Part shown: positions 61,890 to 64,000 of the stretch, in pieces
Layout of the letters: every line of letters starts with the position of its first letter
How positions within the stretch are numbered: position 1 is the stretch's first letter
From: Takakia lepidozioides
Lineage: Eukaryota > Plantae > Bryophyta
NCBI GenBank assembly: GCA_030704615.1
Contig: CM060731.1
Location: 61,132,001 to 61,196,000, forward strand
Direction of reading: 5' to 3'
DNA length: 64,000 bases
Position numbers and translations under genes: made by a program
Notes under the pieces: generated by a model
What the model saw: only the letters and a program-made list of their open reading frames with translations
Database searches by the model: none
Told to the model about the DNA's origin: nothing

Positions 61890-63918
61890 GATTCTAAAGA
61901 CTTAGCCTGGTTGGAGTTGTCAACCCATATTGCAGATCCGTTCTCCAAGGCAGGTCTAATTACGCGACAAAGCATGGTTTTCTTAACTTCAGAGTTGACC
62001 CCTCTGCAGTGGAAAAATTTAGTGAGACCCAGTGCGTTGCCCTTGCCAGTTTGAACAACTTTCCGAATATGTGCATCCCAATTAACAGTTGGAGGAAAAC
62101 TCAACCCCCAGGTAAGTGTAGGAAGGGAGGACCGGGATCTCTTGGCTACCCCACTGTCACTTAAGATCACTTCCTCCCTCTCTTCTGTCATTGAATACCA
62201 CTGCACATTTGCTGACATTAGCCTCTAGCCCCCAAAGATCAAAGTATCTCTTCGCGCAATCAATCAACTCCTGGAGATTGGTTGGAGTCTCCTCCATGCC
62301 TGCGAAGTCATCCGCAGACATTAGGGCTGGTATGGTGGTATCACCCACCCTTAACTCAAATCCCTCACTTTCCACATCCTCGAGGAGTTGATTGATGAAA
62401 ACATTGAAGAGCAGAGGGGAGAGAGTACATCCTTATACCCGGGATCTCTTGGCTACCCCACTGCTACTTGAGATCACTTCCTCCCTCTCCTCTGTCGTTG
62501 AATGCCACCACTGCACATTTACTGATGTTAGCCTCTAGCCCCCAAAGATCAAAGTATCTCTTCGCGCAATCAATCAACTCCTGGAGGTTGGAAGGAGTCT
62601 CCCCTATGCCTGCGAAGTCATCCACAAACATAACGGCTGGTATGGTGGTATCACCCACCCTTAACCCAAATCCCTCACTTTCCACATCGTCGAGGATTGA
62701 TTGATGAAAACATTGAAGAGCAGAGGGGAGAGGGTACATCCTTGAGCTACACCTTGGTCTATGTCAAAGAAGTTGGACTTCTGTCCATTAACAGTGACAC
62801 AGCTTTTGGTGTGAGCATACAAGTTATAGGTAACTCCACATCTTTCCCTTGATCCCACAAGACCAGAGGCGGAGCCATAGACCATCTCTCCACACTGTCA
62901 TAAGCCTTCTATAAGTGGGTTTCCCTTTCTTCCTTCCCTGGATAATCTGGCTTAGAGTGAGGATATGATCCACAGCCCCTGTTTCGCCGAAAGCCAGCTT
63001 GGCCTTCGTGGAAACAACCTCTAGGTTCCAGATCACCCTTAGATTGACAATGACCCCCTGTCGCCAGTGAAAGGGGATCATTTCAGTCTTCCAGATAAGG
63101 TTAAAGAGGAGAACTAGGGCCTCTATCATGGGATCGCCACCATGCTTGATAAGCTCGTTGACTATGCCATCAGGTCCACCTGCTTTATATCCATTTAAAT
63201 GTTTAATTGCTTCCACAATGTCAGAAGAACTAATGGGAGCGTTGTAAGCCTTTGAAATATACTCCAGTGCATCAGGGCTGTTTTGAATCATAGGAACAGT
63301 TTTCCCAATCGTGTCCTTCCATTCATCCTAGGACCCCTCACTGTTAGACCTAGAAGTTCTGCCAAGGATACTGTAGTGGGTTTCAAAGGTTTTGACAATG
63401 TCAACCGATGAAGTCACCACTGCACCCTTAGTAGTCTTTAGCACTTGTACTTGCTGACAGCTTTTCAGCTTGTACAAACGTTGAAGGGCCAACCAGAATC
63501 TCTTGTCATTACCACCATGGTGATTTGAGTTTATTTCACTGTATAACCTGTCCCAGTATAATTTCTTCTGAGACCTTACAAGCTGATTGATATCCTTACG
63601 GATCTGGTAGTACCTCGCCCACAATTCTTTGTTGGTTTTCAAATTGCAGCACTCTTTATAGAGGACTCGTCTCTCAGCTATCTTGAGTTTCATCTCATTG
63701 GTCCACCAATTAACAACTCTACCGCAGACAATTAGTTTCCTCCCAATGATCTTGTCAGCCACAGAGGAGACGAAACTCTCCCAAGGATCCATTGCTCTTT
63801 CGACTTCATTTCTTGCATTGTCAAAGCGAGACTGAAGGTCTTGGAGCGAGTAGACAAAATGAGGGAGAGCCTGGCCTGGACAAGGCCTGGACATACTCAG
63901 CCTTGACCTCTTCATCAT
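61890..63918 (-). mobile_element. Degenerate LINE family A (pre-RT region and RT) with an internal ~300-bp duplication, fused to family B
   Basis: [28 protein letters not shown] and two (F/S)(A/V)DD copies (62157-62432 and 62438-62742). 61890-62432 is near-identical to 8727-9273. Frameshifts are present. Confidence 0.88.
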
Positions 63919-64000
63919 GGAATTTTTCTATGCGCCACGTCCAAATCAAACGTTTCACAGATCTCTTGGGGTTGGGAAAACACCTTTTGATCTCAGTCCA

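Overview
This is nuclear DNA from an intron-rich, seed-free land plant. The CCDC61/VFL3 centriole gene implies flagellated sperm, and the PLS-DYW editing factor fits a bryophyte-grade plant; the taxon is an inference. Genes in order: a PPR pseudo-duplicate and an intact PLS-E-DYW PPR editing factor (+), OEP21 (+), APO1/2-like (-), Yip1-family (-), an AFG1/LACE1-type ATPase with a C-terminal EF-hand pair (+), ABCF5-like (+), an intronless orphan 4-TM gene (-), a small basic conserved protein (+), CCDC61/VFL3 (-) and a BUB1-like gene (+) that runs off the window. Introns carry two non-LTR retrotransposon families. Family A inserts in (TC)n; family B has an (ATTTC)n tail. One element is an A/B chimera. 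The most striking feature is 29.1-33.25 kb: Helitron-like termini enclose a decayed Dualen/RandI-like LINE fragment. Between its RT thumb and RNase H lie a chromodomain and a PCIF1/CAPAM-like N6-adenine methyltransferase-fold domain. All homology calls come from motif recognition and recalled sequences; no searches were run.
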